Virus record (IMG/VR): IMGVR_UViG_3300045988_134806 | Coordinates: 1 to 64,000 of that record | From: a virus | Reading direction: 5' to 3' (one strand) | Length of the DNA stretch: 64,000 bases | Part shown: one piece after another, positions 51,225-60,769 of the stretch | Position numbering within the stretch: the stretch's first letter is position 1 | How the letters are laid out: each line of letters starts with the position of its first letter | Position numbers and translations under genes: made by a program | The notes under the pieces: model-generated | What the model was told of the DNA's origin: nothing | The model's database searches: none | The model's input: only the letters and a program-made list of their open reading frames with translations

Positions 51225-53483
51225 ATGCCATTAAATTCCGCAGAAGTCCCTGAAAACGGGGCTATAAATGTACAAAATTTGGGGGTGGGACCAAATGGTG
51301 GGGGAAATTCGCCAAACCCTGCGCCGGATATGGGTTTTGTACCCGGGACTAACTCACCTTTATTGCTGGGCCATGACGGCAGACCCGCAGGATCGGTCAG
51401 TATCGGCGGAATCGTCGAAATTAAGAGCGCAGCTCAGCTCATCGAAGAAGAAAGGGCCAAAGCTGACGAAGAAAACGCAGAACCGATGATTCAAGGCTTG
51501 GCGAGCCACATTCGTAAATGCTGGGAAGAAGCTAAATCTGCGAAAGAGACCACAGTCGAGCCACGAATGCTTAAGAGCCTGCGTCAGAGACGCGGTCAGT
51601 ATGATCCTGACTTGGAAGCAATCCTTAAGTCTCAGGGTTCGACACTCGTCTACATGATGCTGACCTCAAATAAATGCCGGTCGGCTGCTGCGTGGCTCAG
51701 AGAAGCGATGGCCGATATGCCGTGGGAGTGCGAGCCCACACCGGTCGCAGACATCGACCCCAAGACGCAAAGCACGATTTTTAAAGAAGCCCAAAGCGCG
51801 GCGATGATGTCGGCTAAGATGGGCTACATCCCGTCGCCTTCCGAGATCATGGGCTACATGCTTGCCATGAAGAATATGGCGATGGTCAAGGTCCAAGAGA
51901 TCGCCAAGCATAAAGCGGAGCTGATGACCCGCAAGATGAAGGACCAGATGACAGAAGGGGGCTTCCAGAAAGCCATCGAGGATTTCATTGATGACTTGGT
52001 GACGTTCCCGGCGGCATGCTTCAAAGGGCCCGTCGTGCGCTACAAGCCTGCGCTTAAATGGACGCCGGATGTCAACGGCGCCTACAAGGTCGAAGTTCAG
52101 AAAGAGTTCCTGCTTGAGTGGGAGAGAGTCGATCCGTTCAACCTTTATCCGGCCCCCGATGCTACGGGTGTGGACGACGGCTACCTCATTGAGCGTCATA
52201 AATTGTCGCGGGAAGACTTAGTCGCGTTAAAGGGTGTCGAAGGGTACTCGGAAGCGTCGATCAACGCGGTCTTGGCAGATTATTACCAGACCGGACTTGA
52301 GCGGCAAATTTCGATAGATTCTGAGCGTGATTCAGCCGAAGGAAGGGATGGAATGCCCGGTAATAACCCTTCGGGCCTCATCGAGGCTTTGCAGTTCTGG
52401 GGCAGTGTCAACGGTCAGCTCCTGCTTGACTGGGGCATGGATGAAAGCGAGATTGAAGATCCGCTGGGCGAATACCACATCGAGGCTTGGCTCATCGGGA
52501 ACTATGTGATAAAGGCCACAATCAATCCCGATCCTCTGCATCGCAAACCCTACTACAAGACCTCTTGGGAAAACGTTCCCGGGTGCTTCTGGGGGAACTC
52601 TGTACCCGATCTTTGCCGTGACGCTCAGGGCGTCTGCAACGCAGCAGCCCGAGCTCTGGTAAACAACATGGGACTTTCGTCCGGCCCGCAGGTGATGATT
52701 AACTCGTCCCGCCTACCGGAAGGCGAAGAACTCACAAACATGTACCCGTGGAAAATTTGGCAGTATTCGGATGACGGTTACGGCACAACAGCAGGGGCTT
52801 TGCAGCCGATTGCATTCTTCCAGCCGAACTCCAACGCGCAGGAGCTCATGCAGATCTACCAGCAGTTTTCGCTTATGGCTGACGAGCACACAGGTATCCC
52901 GCGTTACATGACGGGTGACTCCGCCACGGGCGGCGCAGGCAGAACGGCCTCGGGCCTTTCCATGCTGATGAGCAATGCGGGCAAGACGATTAAAGGTGTG
53001 ATCTCTTCGATTGACCGGATCTTGGAGCCTGCGATTGAGCGCCTCTACGTTTACAACATGCAGTTCTTAGAAGACCCGGATCTCAAGGGCGACGTGAAGA
53101 TCGTAGCCCGCGGTGCGATGGCGCTTGCGATGAAAGAGCAGCAGCAACAGCGAGTGAACGAAGTGTTCCAGATGTGCTTGCAGTCTCCGGTATTGCAGAA
53201 CATCGTGGGGCCGACCGGTATCGCTTACTTGTTCCGAAACGTCATCGAGCGCTTGGACATCAACCCGGACGAGCTTGTTCCGTCCGTGGAAGTTTTGAAA
53301 CAGCAGCAGGCTCAGCAGCAAGCCATGATGATGCAGGCTCAAGGTCAGATTGCCGCTCAACAGCAGCAAGCCGAAGGTCAGCCCGACGCAGGCGGGTCAG
53401 CCGCAAAACCGGAGAACAAGTCTCAGGGAAAACAGCTCATGGACGGCACGCCTCAGGCAGGGGCCAAAATGCAGGGAAGTTAG
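51225..53483 (+). CDS. portal protein
   Basis: 752 aa, immediately after TerL. Gln-rich C-terminal tail. Called from size and synteny. Confidence 0.7.
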   Translation: MPLNSAEVPENGAINVQNLGVGPNGGGNSPNPAPDMGFVPGTNSPLLLGHDGRPAGSVSIGGIVEIKSAAQLIEEERAKADEENAEPMIQGLASHIRKCWEEAKSAKETTVEPRMLKSLRQRRGQYDPDLEAILKSQGSTLVYMMLTSNKCRSAAAWLREAMADMPWECEPTPVADIDPKTQSTIFKEAQSAAMMSAKMGYIPSPSEIMGYMLAMKNMAMVKVQEIAKHKAELMTRKMKDQMTEGGFQKAIEDFIDDLVTFPAACFKGPVVRYKPALKWTPDVNGAYKVEVQKEFLLEWERVDPFNLYPAPDATGVDDGYLIERHKLSREDLVALKGVEGYSEASINAVLADYYQTGLERQISIDSERDSAEGRDGMPGNNPSGLIEALQFWGSVNGQLLLDWGMDESEIEDPLGEYHIEAWLIGNYVIKATINPDPLHRKPYYKTSWENVPGCFWGNSVPDLCRDAQGVCNAAARALVNNMGLSSGPQVMINSSRLPEGEELTNMYPWKIWQYSDDGYGTTAGALQPIAFFQPNSNAQELMQIYQQFSLMADEHTGIPRYMTGDSATGGAGRTASGLSMLMSNAGKTIKGVISSIDRILEPAIERLYVYNMQFLEDPDLKGDVKIVARGAMALAMKEQQQQRVNEVFQMCLQSPVLQNIVGPTGIAYLFRNVIERLDINPDELVPSVEVLKQQQAQQQAMMMQAQGQIAAQQQQAEGQPDAGGSAAKPENKSQGKQLMDGTPQAGAKMQGS

Positions 53484-53565
53484 GGAAATCGATACCTGAA
53501 AATAAATGATTTCACGTATGCACATTATCAATTAAATGCAACATTGCTTATAGGAGCTGTGTAAA

Positions 53566-53775
53566 ATGAAAGCCAATAACCAGCAGTTGGAGAGTTTTTT
53601 CAAGCAAATGAAGGGACCGCAAGGGGAGATCTTCAGAGAATACTTGAGAAAAACAAAGACTGACCGGCTCGATGATCTTGCCAAAGCCTCGGACTCGGTA
53701 TCCATATATCGACTTCAGGGGGAGGTAAGAGTCATCGACATGCTTCTCGGCTTAGTCACCGAGAAGCGTGGCTAA
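53566..53775 (+). CDS. hypothetical protein (69 aa)
   Basis: Small ORF between the portal and scaffold genes. Confidence 0.5.
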   Translation: MKANNQQLESFFKQMKGPQGEIFREYLRKTKTDRLDDLAKASDSVSIYRLQGEVRVIDMLLGLVTEKRG

Positions 53776-53847
53776 AAGACAGCTCAAAGCACTTTTAACC
53801 ATTAAGCACACCGACAAAACGTCGGAGCTATACAGACGGAGAAAACA

Positions 53848-54765
53848 ATGGCATTACCTAGTTCAGTTCAAAGACAGGTCGAAGAAGTCGAACAGATCGA
53901 AAAGCATCTTAACGGAGAGCAGAAGGCACCGGAAGAGCAGGAAAGTGGAGCGACAGCACCCGCAGAACCGAAACCGCAGGAACCCGTTGAAAGTAACAGG
54001 GAAGAGGAATTTAGAAAGCTTGAGGCTCGATATAAGACACTTCAAGGCATGCACCAAGCAGAGAACGCCCGCTGGAAGGCCCTCCGTGAAGAGGACGAAA
54101 AACAGCGCCGCGAGCTGATGGAAGAGATCCAAAAGCTGAAATCTCAGGTGAAAGAAAAATCCGCTCCCTTGGTAAGCGAACAGGATAAAGAGACATTTGG
54201 CGAAGAAATGTACGATTTCGTCAACCGCGTTGCGGAGCAGGCCTCCAGAAAGGTTCAGCCTCAGAGCGACGACATGGTTAAGGCTGAAATCGAACAGATG
54301 AAACGCGAGATGCAGGCTCAGCGTGAGGCCCGTGCGGCCGCCGAAGAGCAGCGATTCTTGAACTCTATGGACGAGATGCTGCCCGATTGGCGCGACCAAA
54401 ACGTGGACAAAGACTTCTTGGCGTGGCTTGCGGAAGCAGATACGACATACGGTTTCCAAAGACAAGAGATGTTAAGCAGAGCTGTAGCAGCGCGTGACGC
54501 AGCCAGCGCGGTATCTATTTTCAAGCTCTACCGCGACAGCAAAAATTCTCCGACTCCCAATCCGCTTGCTCGGCAAATAGCACCGGCGCACAACCGAAAC
54601 ACACCGGTCCAGACCACCGAGCCTCAGAAGAAGATTTACACCCAGTGGGACGTGAAGGCTTTCTACGAGGATCTCAGACGCGGAAGGATCTCAGGCGAAG
54701 AGGCAGAGCGCATGGAAAAAGAAATTGACCGAGCTGTCGCAGAAGGCCGTGTGAAACTCAAGTAA
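53848..54765 (+). CDS. scaffolding protein
   Basis: 305 aa, Glu/Lys/Gln/Arg-rich with predicted coiled coil. Lies directly upstream of the capsid gene. Confidence 0.6.
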   Translation: MALPSSVQRQVEEVEQIEKHLNGEQKAPEEQESGATAPAEPKPQEPVESNREEEFRKLEARYKTLQGMHQAENARWKALREEDEKQRRELMEEIQKLKSQVKEKSAPLVSEQDKETFGEEMYDFVNRVAEQASRKVQPQSDDMVKAEIEQMKREMQAQREARAAAEEQRFLNSMDEMLPDWRDQNVDKDFLAWLAEADTTYGFQRQEMLSRAVAARDAASAVSIFKLYRDSKNSPTPNPLARQIAPAHNRNTPVQTTEPQKKIYTQWDVKAFYEDLRRGRISGEEAERMEKEIDRAVAEGRVKLK

Positions 54766-54818
54766 ACGCTTAATGGTACGTCTGTGGCGGCTCTTAAGAA
54801 TCATCAGGAGAGCAATAA

Positions 54819-55913
54819 ATGGCTACAGTAACACCGGGCGTAGTATTTCCTCAAGGTACTACGTTCAACTATCCGGGCGGCAGTGCAGCCGCCCCGACAA
54901 CTCCGTACTCCGGTACCTTTATCCCGACCCTCTGGTCCGGTAAGTTAACCGCGAAGTTCTACAAGACCACGATTTTCGGTGAAATTTCCAACACTGACTA
55001 TCAGGGTGAGATTTCCGGTATGGGCGACCGTGTCATCATTAACACGATCCCTGACCTGACAATCAAGGACTACAAACTCGGCGGCAACCTCGAATATGAA
55101 ATGCCGCAGGGTGAAACCATCGACCTCGTTATTGACCGTGGTAAGTATTTTGCTTTCCAAGTCAATGACCTGCTCGAACTCCAGTCCAAGCCCAATCTTA
55201 TGAGCATGTTCACGGACGATGCCACAGAGCGTATGAAGATCGCGATTGACTCCGACCTTCTATACCGCACTTTCTTCAATCCTGATGGCTCTTGGAACTC
55301 TTATAGCCCGACACGTGATAACGCTTATGGCGCTATCGACGAACGCAACATGGGTGCTTCTGCCGGCCGTGAATCCGGCGAGTACAACATGGGTACTGAT
55401 GATGCACCGGTTGCTCTGACAGGCGCCAACATCATCGAAAAGATCACTGCAATGTCCACAATTCTGGATGAAGCAAACGTTCCGCAGGAAGGCCGCTTCT
55501 TGGTGATCTCTCCGCGCGAACGTCACATCCTGATGCAGTCTAACCTTGCTCAGGCTCAGTTCATGGGCGACCAGAAGTCCATCATCCGCAACGGTAAGAT
55601 TGGTATGATTGACCGCTTTACGATCTATGTGTCTAACCAGCTTCCGAAGGCTGCTGCCGGTAAGACTTGGGACAACACTACGGTTTGGAAAGAGCCGGGT
55701 CTCGGTGAAGGCCAGACCTCTACCAAGGCCGCGCTTAAGCGCCATCTGATCTTCGCAGGCCACAAGTCTGCTATCACGTTCGCTTCTCAGTTTACTAAGA
55801 CTGAGCATCTGCGTAACCCGCAGGATTTCGGCGATCTTGTTCGCGGATTGAACGTTTACGGCTCTAAGGTTATTAAGGGCGACGCTCTGGTACCGATGGT
55901 CGTATCTGGCTAA
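54819..55913 (+). CDS. major capsid protein
   Basis: 364 aa after the scaffold gene. N-terminal pattern FIPTLWSGKL..IFGEISNTDYQGEISGMGDRVIINT resembles P22/podovirus-type coat families. GGAG-containing RBS. Confidence 0.7.
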   Translation: MATVTPGVVFPQGTTFNYPGGSAAAPTTPYSGTFIPTLWSGKLTAKFYKTTIFGEISNTDYQGEISGMGDRVIINTIPDLTIKDYKLGGNLEYEMPQGETIDLVIDRGKYFAFQVNDLLELQSKPNLMSMFTDDATERMKIAIDSDLLYRTFFNPDGSWNSYSPTRDNAYGAIDERNMGASAGRESGEYNMGTDDAPVALTGANIIEKITAMSTILDEANVPQEGRFLVISPRERHILMQSNLAQAQFMGDQKSIIRNGKIGMIDRFTIYVSNQLPKAAAGKTWDNTTVWKEPGLGEGQTSTKAALKRHLIFAGHKSAITFASQFTKTEHLRNPQDFGDLVRGLNVYGSKVIKGDALVPMVVSG

Positions 55914-55980
55914 CCAAGACTTGAGGGGGTTTAAGGGGTTGCAGCTGTGCGGCCGGCCCCCTCGATTCGCCGGAGGTTTT

Positions 55981-56658
55981 ATGGGAGTTCTTACTGCTAA
56001 AGACATTATCAATCGGGCCTCTTTCATTTTGAAAGATCCCGAGAATGTTCGTTGGCTCAGAGATGTCATGTTGGACTACGTCAACGAGGCCCAAGCGGCT
56101 GTTGTGCGATTCCAGCCGTCGGCCAACAAGGTTAGAACTACCATAAAACTTCAGGAAGGGACTTCTCAGGAGCTCCCGGAAGACGCCCTTTGCCTGCTTA
56201 CTGTCACACGCAACATGCTGGACGGAGAGCCGGGACCTGCCATTCGCTTGGCAACACGCAGCATTTATGACGCGATGTTCTACGACTGGCACGAACAGTG
56301 GCCCGAGTCTTACGTTATCAACTACATCTACGACGACAGAGAAGGCAGAGAATTTGAGGTTTACCCGCCTAACGACGGGTCAGGAGAAATTGAGGTCGTT
56401 TATTCGGCCCTTCCGCCGGTCATCAAAGAAGACGATGAGCTTACGCTCGGAGACGAGTTCGGGACCATTATTACGAACTACGTGCTCTATAAATGTGCTC
56501 TTCTGGATAGTGACTTCAACGGCACGCAAAGCCTCGCTCAGTTCTACTACCAGCTCTATCTCTCTGAGCTTAACGGACAGAGCCAAGCCCAAAGCAAGGA
56601 AGGCCCGAACCCGTCGCATTCGACAGGGCCCATCGCCGCAAACGGAGGCACTGAATGA
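55981..56658 (+). CDS. head-tail connector/adaptor candidate (225 aa)
   Basis: ATG at 55981 preceded by GGAGG. Position after the capsid gene. No motif. Confidence 0.45.
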   Translation: MGVLTAKDIINRASFILKDPENVRWLRDVMLDYVNEAQAAVVRFQPSANKVRTTIKLQEGTSQELPEDALCLLTVTRNMLDGEPGPAIRLATRSIYDAMFYDWHEQWPESYVINYIYDDREGREFEVYPPNDGSGEIEVVYSALPPVIKEDDELTLGDEFGTIITNYVLYKCALLDSDFNGTQSLAQFYYQLYLSELNGQSQAQSKEGPNPSHSTGPIAANGGTE

Positions 56659-57284
56659 CACCTGTGGATAAGTTTTTACCCTTTGTTCTGCCCTATGCCG
56701 ACAGTGTTCCGCTGCCTGTGGCAAAAGTGGCGATTGCAAAGGCTGCCAGTCAGTTTTGTACTCAGTCTCTGCTTTGGCAGGAAGAATACCCGGAGGTGAA
56801 AGTCCACCCCGGAAAGTTCGTTGAAATTCCTGTTCCTAAATCAGCTATGGTGGTGAAGGTGATGTCTGTGGCCTACAACGGATATCGGCTCACCTCAACC
56901 TCTCGGGATGAGCTTAATTCTACAAACGTGATCGACTATCGCCTCTTTGACGGGCCTCCGAAGTTCTTCTTTCAAGCGGATTTAAACGTTTTAAGACTCG
57001 TTCCCGAACCGGTTAAACACGGTGTTTTATCCATCGTGGTAGCTCTGGCTCCGACGCCTGAGTCAACCGAGGTGCCAAGCAGCCTCTATACGCGCTTCTG
57101 GGAAGCGATTGCAAACGGGGCCTTAGCGGATATCAAGCAGATTCAAGGACAGTCCTACAGCGATCCTAATGCGGCTCTGGCCTATAAGACGCTCTTTCAG
57201 CAGGGTGTTAGAGAAGCGAAAAATGAAGCGGTAAGGAGTTTGGGAAGAACGGTCGGAAGAGTTGCATATCAGAGGGTTGTATGA
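56655..57284 (+). CDS. virion structural protein (209 aa)
   Basis: Translationally coupled (4-nt overlaps) with both neighbours in the structural operon. Confidence 0.5.
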   Translation: MTPVDKFLPFVLPYADSVPLPVAKVAIAKAASQFCTQSLLWQEEYPEVKVHPGKFVEIPVPKSAMVVKVMSVAYNGYRLTSTSRDELNSTNVIDYRLFDGPPKFFFQADLNVLRLVPEPVKHGVLSIVVALAPTPESTEVPSSLYTRFWEAIANGALADIKQIQGQSYSDPNAALAYKTLFQQGVREAKNEAVRSLGRTVGRVAYQRVV

Positions 57285-58561
57285 CAGTAAAAATTACAAA
57301 CAATGCGTGGGGAACACTCGCCGTCGGTGTAAACGACTCCGACACAACGCTGCTCCTTGGTACAGCCCAAGGGGATCGTTTCCCGACATTACCGGCGAAT
57401 AATGCTTTGAAGCCGGTTGACTGCTTCTACGTCACGTTAATCGATGAGTCTACGAATGAAGTTGAAATCGTTCGTGTGATTGAGAGAAACGTTGATGTTC
57501 TATCAGTGGTTCGTTCTCAGGACGGGTCGCGTAGAAAGCAGTTCCTAGCGGGCTCTCGTGTAGAGCTTAGACCGGTTGCTGCTCTTTTTAATTCAAAGAA
57601 AGACGCAGTCGAGGCCGCTGAGGATAAACAGGAAATTCTTGACAAAATTGGCTTATTAGAACGAGAAGCTAAAGAAGGGATTGAGAATGCAGTTCAGAAA
57701 GGTGAGCAGAATTTAACCGACGGGGAACAGGCGCAAGCCCGCGAAAACATCGGTGCGATGTCTTTAGATACAGACGAAGAAGCCAACGGGTCTAAAACTT
57801 GGTTAAAACCGCAGTTTCACAAGAACAATGTTGTTTTGTTGCAGCGAAGCGAAGATAAAAACAGCTTCGCACTCATCGGCCGCATGGCAGAAAACGACGC
57901 TTGGATTATTCGCGGCATTGCAGAAAACATTCAGAACGGCGCTAATAATACTTGGACGACTACTGACAACGGAGCCTTGGAGTTGGCGACCGCAGACAAC
58001 GGCACAGAGCCTATCTACGTTACGCAGTATTCCGGCGGAAAAATTCCGGATTTAGATCAGGTAAGTATCGAAGGCTGGGATGGTTGTTTTGGAGAAGTCT
58101 TACATAGGGCTGTGATTTTGGACCGTTCCGGCAACACTTTTTTTCCAGGAGTTGTTTATGGTTCTAGCTTTCAAGCTACGTCCGACAGAAGACTTAAGTT
58201 CGGTTTTGAAGAGGTTGCTAAAGAGTCTGTGCTGGACGCAATAACACCATACCGTTATGGCCGCTTGGATAAGCATCCTAAAGAACGTTTTATCGGGGTT
58301 ATTGCTCAAGACGTACAAGAGGTTATCCCAGAAGCTGTGAGAGAAGACGGTAATGGGTATTTGAGCGTTGACTATGCCGCGCTTACAGCTGTGCTGTGGG
58401 GCGAAGTCAAACGATTGAAAAACGAAATTAAGGAGATCAAAGATGGCATGCGGAAAGAAACCTTGCAAACCGAGCAAAAAGACGCCCTCCAAGAAGCCGT
58501 GCAAGAAGTGCTAGTTAAACCTGCTAAGCAGGTTTGTTCAGGACGACAAACTAAGAGGTAG
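57281..58561 (+). CDS. tail fibre/spike with C-terminal intramolecular chaperone (peptidase S74) domain
   Basis: N-terminal fibre domain (GDRFPTL..EIVRVIERNVDVLSVVRSQDGS). Fibre repeat LTDGEQAQARENIGA. S74 signature SDRRLKF..IGVIAQDVQEVIPEAV..YLSVDYAALTAVLWGEVKRL starts at nt 58181. Confidence 0.85.
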   Translation: MTVKITNNAWGTLAVGVNDSDTTLLLGTAQGDRFPTLPANNALKPVDCFYVTLIDESTNEVEIVRVIERNVDVLSVVRSQDGSRRKQFLAGSRVELRPVAALFNSKKDAVEAAEDKQEILDKIGLLEREAKEGIENAVQKGEQNLTDGEQAQARENIGAMSLDTDEEANGSKTWLKPQFHKNNVVLLQRSEDKNSFALIGRMAENDAWIIRGIAENIQNGANNTWTTTDNGALELATADNGTEPIYVTQYSGGKIPDLDQVSIEGWDGCFGEVLHRAVILDRSGNTFFPGVVYGSSFQATSDRRLKFGFEEVAKESVLDAITPYRYGRLDKHPKERFIGVIAQDVQEVIPEAVREDGNGYLSVDYAALTAVLWGEVKRLKNEIKEIKDGMRKETLQTEQKDALQEAVQEVLVKPAKQVCSGRQTKR

Positions 58562-58563
58562 AG

Positions 58564-58845
58564 ATGGCATATAGCAAAACGGACTACCGGCTTTCCGACG
58601 GTACAGATTTGATCGAGCTTTTTAAAAACCCGAATTTAAGCGGCTTAACTCAGTCGATTCAGAACGTTATGAGAGTTGGTGCTCAAACGTTCTCTGTCAC
58701 GAAAGACCGTTTAACAGTCTCGGCAAGCAGAGATGATTTTGGCAGGCTTATCGGAGTGAATCTTGATTACAAGTGTCCTGATTGTGCGGATTATCCGTGC
58801 AGCGACTCAGGGGATAGTTGCTGTAACGAATGCGATGCGGGCTAG
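58564..58845 (+). CDS. small protein (93 aa) with six-Cys acidic C-terminus; candidate radical-SAM substrate
   Basis: C-terminal KCPDCADYPCSDSGDSCCNECDAG (nt 58765-58842). Lies 18 nt upstream of the rSAM/SPASM gene. Confidence 0.6.
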   Translation: MAYSKTDYRLSDGTDLIELFKNPNLSGLTQSIQNVMRVGAQTFSVTKDRLTVSASRDDFGRLIGVNLDYKCPDCADYPCSDSGDSCCNECDAG

Positions 58846-58863
58846 GAACAACGGAGATTTTTA

Positions 58864-60030
58864 ATGAAAACAGACTTCGGAAGAATCTATGTGATGATGG
58901 GTACAGCTTGCAACTTTAATTGTGTGTACTGTTCCCAATCGACTTCTCAGCAGGGTATTCAAAAGACAGAGTGCCGTCCTCACATATCTAAGCGTCCAAG
59001 CAAAGAGTTCTTAGACTACATGAAGCGCTACGGCGAGGCTCTCGATGTAACTAACTTAAAGCGAAAGCCCACCATTGCCTTCTGGGGCGGGGAGCCTTTG
59101 CTTTATTTCGATACTATCAAGCAGATTATCGATGTGCTTGGAGAAAATGTCTCTAAGTTCCGTCTTGGGACAGTCACTAATGGAGAGATGATTACTGATG
59201 AGATGGTTGATTTCTTCAACAAAAACCATGTAGTGGTCAACCTTTCTCACGACGGCCCTAAGACAGTTGTTACACGCGGAAAAGACGTGCTGAAGAGCTC
59301 GGTCATTAGAGATCGCTTCCATGCTTTGAACTCTGTGACGTTCCATACGGTTATCAGCGGCGTGACACAGGATCTCTACAGGAACTGGGACTATTTTGCT
59401 GAGATGGGTTTTCCTGAGAATGAGAATACTTCTTATATGCAGATGATGGTGTACCCGTATGACGGTATCCCGGACTATCTGCTCAAGTTCGATCTTGCTA
59501 AATGGGAAGAGACCCTTCAGAAAGTCGTGGCTTCGCTCTACAAGTCTTTCTTGGAAAACAACGGTGAAGTCAATGTCAGAAGCAAAGAATTTCAGGTGAT
59601 TACACATCAGCTTGGAAGTCTTTATCGCTCTAACTATGAACATTTCAAGGCTACGGGCGAAGTCCATTATTGCCAGACAGCGACGAAGATGCTGGCAGTG
59701 GATGTGCAAGGTAAGACTTATTTCTGTCACAACTCCAGCAAAGAAATCCTGCCTGTTTACGACCCAAATTTTGACAGCCTTTATGCGGGCCTCGCAGAAG
59801 ACATGGTTTGCAAAACCATGAAGGACAGTCGAGATTATTGCAGGGATTGTGAATACGGTTATTTCTGTACAACGTCTTGTCCGCTCCCGCATGATAAAAG
59901 CAAAGCTCAAACGCTTTGTGGCGCTGTTAAGTTGCTTTGCGAATACGTTCGTAGGTATTTCCATTTAACGGAAGCATACAGAGGGAATATCGTTCTTCCC
60001 GACTCTATTAAGGTGCCTAGACATGCCTAA
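58864..60030 (+). CDS. radical SAM enzyme with SPASM auxiliary Fe-S domain
   Basis: CNFNCVYC (CX3CX2C, nt 58909-58932), GGEPLL, and C-terminal YCQ..GKTYFC plus CRDCEYGYFCTTSC (CX2CX5CX3C). Confidence 0.85.
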   Translation: MKTDFGRIYVMMGTACNFNCVYCSQSTSQQGIQKTECRPHISKRPSKEFLDYMKRYGEALDVTNLKRKPTIAFWGGEPLLYFDTIKQIIDVLGENVSKFRLGTVTNGEMITDEMVDFFNKNHVVVNLSHDGPKTVVTRGKDVLKSSVIRDRFHALNSVTFHTVISGVTQDLYRNWDYFAEMGFPENENTSYMQMMVYPYDGIPDYLLKFDLAKWEETLQKVVASLYKSFLENNGEVNVRSKEFQVITHQLGSLYRSNYEHFKATGEVHYCQTATKMLAVDVQGKTYFCHNSSKEILPVYDPNFDSLYAGLAEDMVCKTMKDSRDYCRDCEYGYFCTTSCPLPHDKSKAQTLCGAVKLLCEYVRRYFHLTEAYRGNIVLPDSIKVPRHA

Positions 60031-60769
60031 TTTTGTCTGCTATCGGTCGCCTACAAGCGCCCAGAAACGAAAGGAAACTGGTAATCCTGATCGAATTATG
60101 AGGAAACCGGGATTTGATCTTGTGCTTTTTCCGACAGAAAAAGGAATCAGGATTGATTACAAAGTTCTGATGATGGAAAAGCTGTTGATGGCCGAGGGCA
60201 GCAAAGAAGTAGAGCCGGAAGTCGGTGTTCTTTATTCCGTCGATTATTCTCTTTCAACTAAAGACGCATTTGTTAGAGAAAGTTCTTTCGGGAGTATTTC
60301 CGAAGTTAGCAACGCTCCGAAGATCAACATTGCTGCGATTCTTAAGCTTTCGGACGGAACAGTGTTAGTCAAGATCTCGAACATGATTTCTATTTCCTGC
60401 AACTCTAATGAATTTGGATGTGCGGAAGAAAAAATCGTTGAGGCAGGAACGCGGCCCTTCACCTGTTTTAGCAGCTATAACGAAGAAGCGGCCGAGCTTA
60501 TGCACGCCAGCCAAGCCAAAAAGAGCGCCTTGGTAGATATCAATTTTTTGGATTCGCTGTCTTATCTGGAAGCTCAGGTAGATATCTTGACGAAGGTTGT
60601 TTTGGCGGGCGGACTAGCAGATAAAGACGAGCTTAAGGAAGTGCTCATTAGGGCAGATGCTGAAGGTATTTGGCGCTCTAACAGCAAGGAAAAACTTCTA
60701 AAGAAGATGGATAAGAAACGCAAGTTCAGAGAGCTCCAACTAACCTACTACGAAGCTAATAAAAAATGA
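60023..60769 (+). CDS. hypothetical protein (248 aa), third gene of the rSAM cassette
   Basis: Overlaps the rSAM gene by 8 nt and the next gene by 4 nt. No motif. The true start could be an internal Met. Confidence 0.5.
   Translation: MPNFVCYRSPTSAQKRKETGNPDRIMRKPGFDLVLFPTEKGIRIDYKVLMMEKLLMAEGSKEVEPEVGVLYSVDYSLSTKDAFVRESSFGSISEVSNAPKINIAAILKLSDGTVLVKISNMISISCNSNEFGCAEEKIVEAGTRPFTCFSSYNEEAAELMHASQAKKSALVDINFLDSLSYLEAQVDILTKVVLAGGLADKDELKEVLIRADAEGIWRSNSKEKLLKKMDKKRKFRELQLTYYEANKK

Noticed and set aside
53768-54118. 116-aa Lys/Arg-rich ORF overlapping the scaffold gene start
   Set aside because: It is an alternative frame of the Glu/Lys-rich scaffold coding sequence. The scaffold frame has a GGAG RBS and continues for 305 aa.
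55923-55963. GAGGGGG...CCCCCTC long-range stem after the capsid gene as a terminator
   Set aside because: The loop is 27 nt and no T-run follows. At most it is an attenuating structure, and support is too weak to annotate.
55260-56292. Minus-strand ORFs 55260..56069 and 55873..56292 over the capsid and adaptor genes
   Set aside because: They are antisense to a tightly coupled structural operon, have no RBS and have a biased Arg/Ser/Leu composition.
59056-59964. 302-aa minus-strand ORF opposite the radical-SAM gene
   Set aside because: The plus-strand frame contains CX3CX2C, GGE and the full SPASM motif in the correct order. The antisense frame has no motif.
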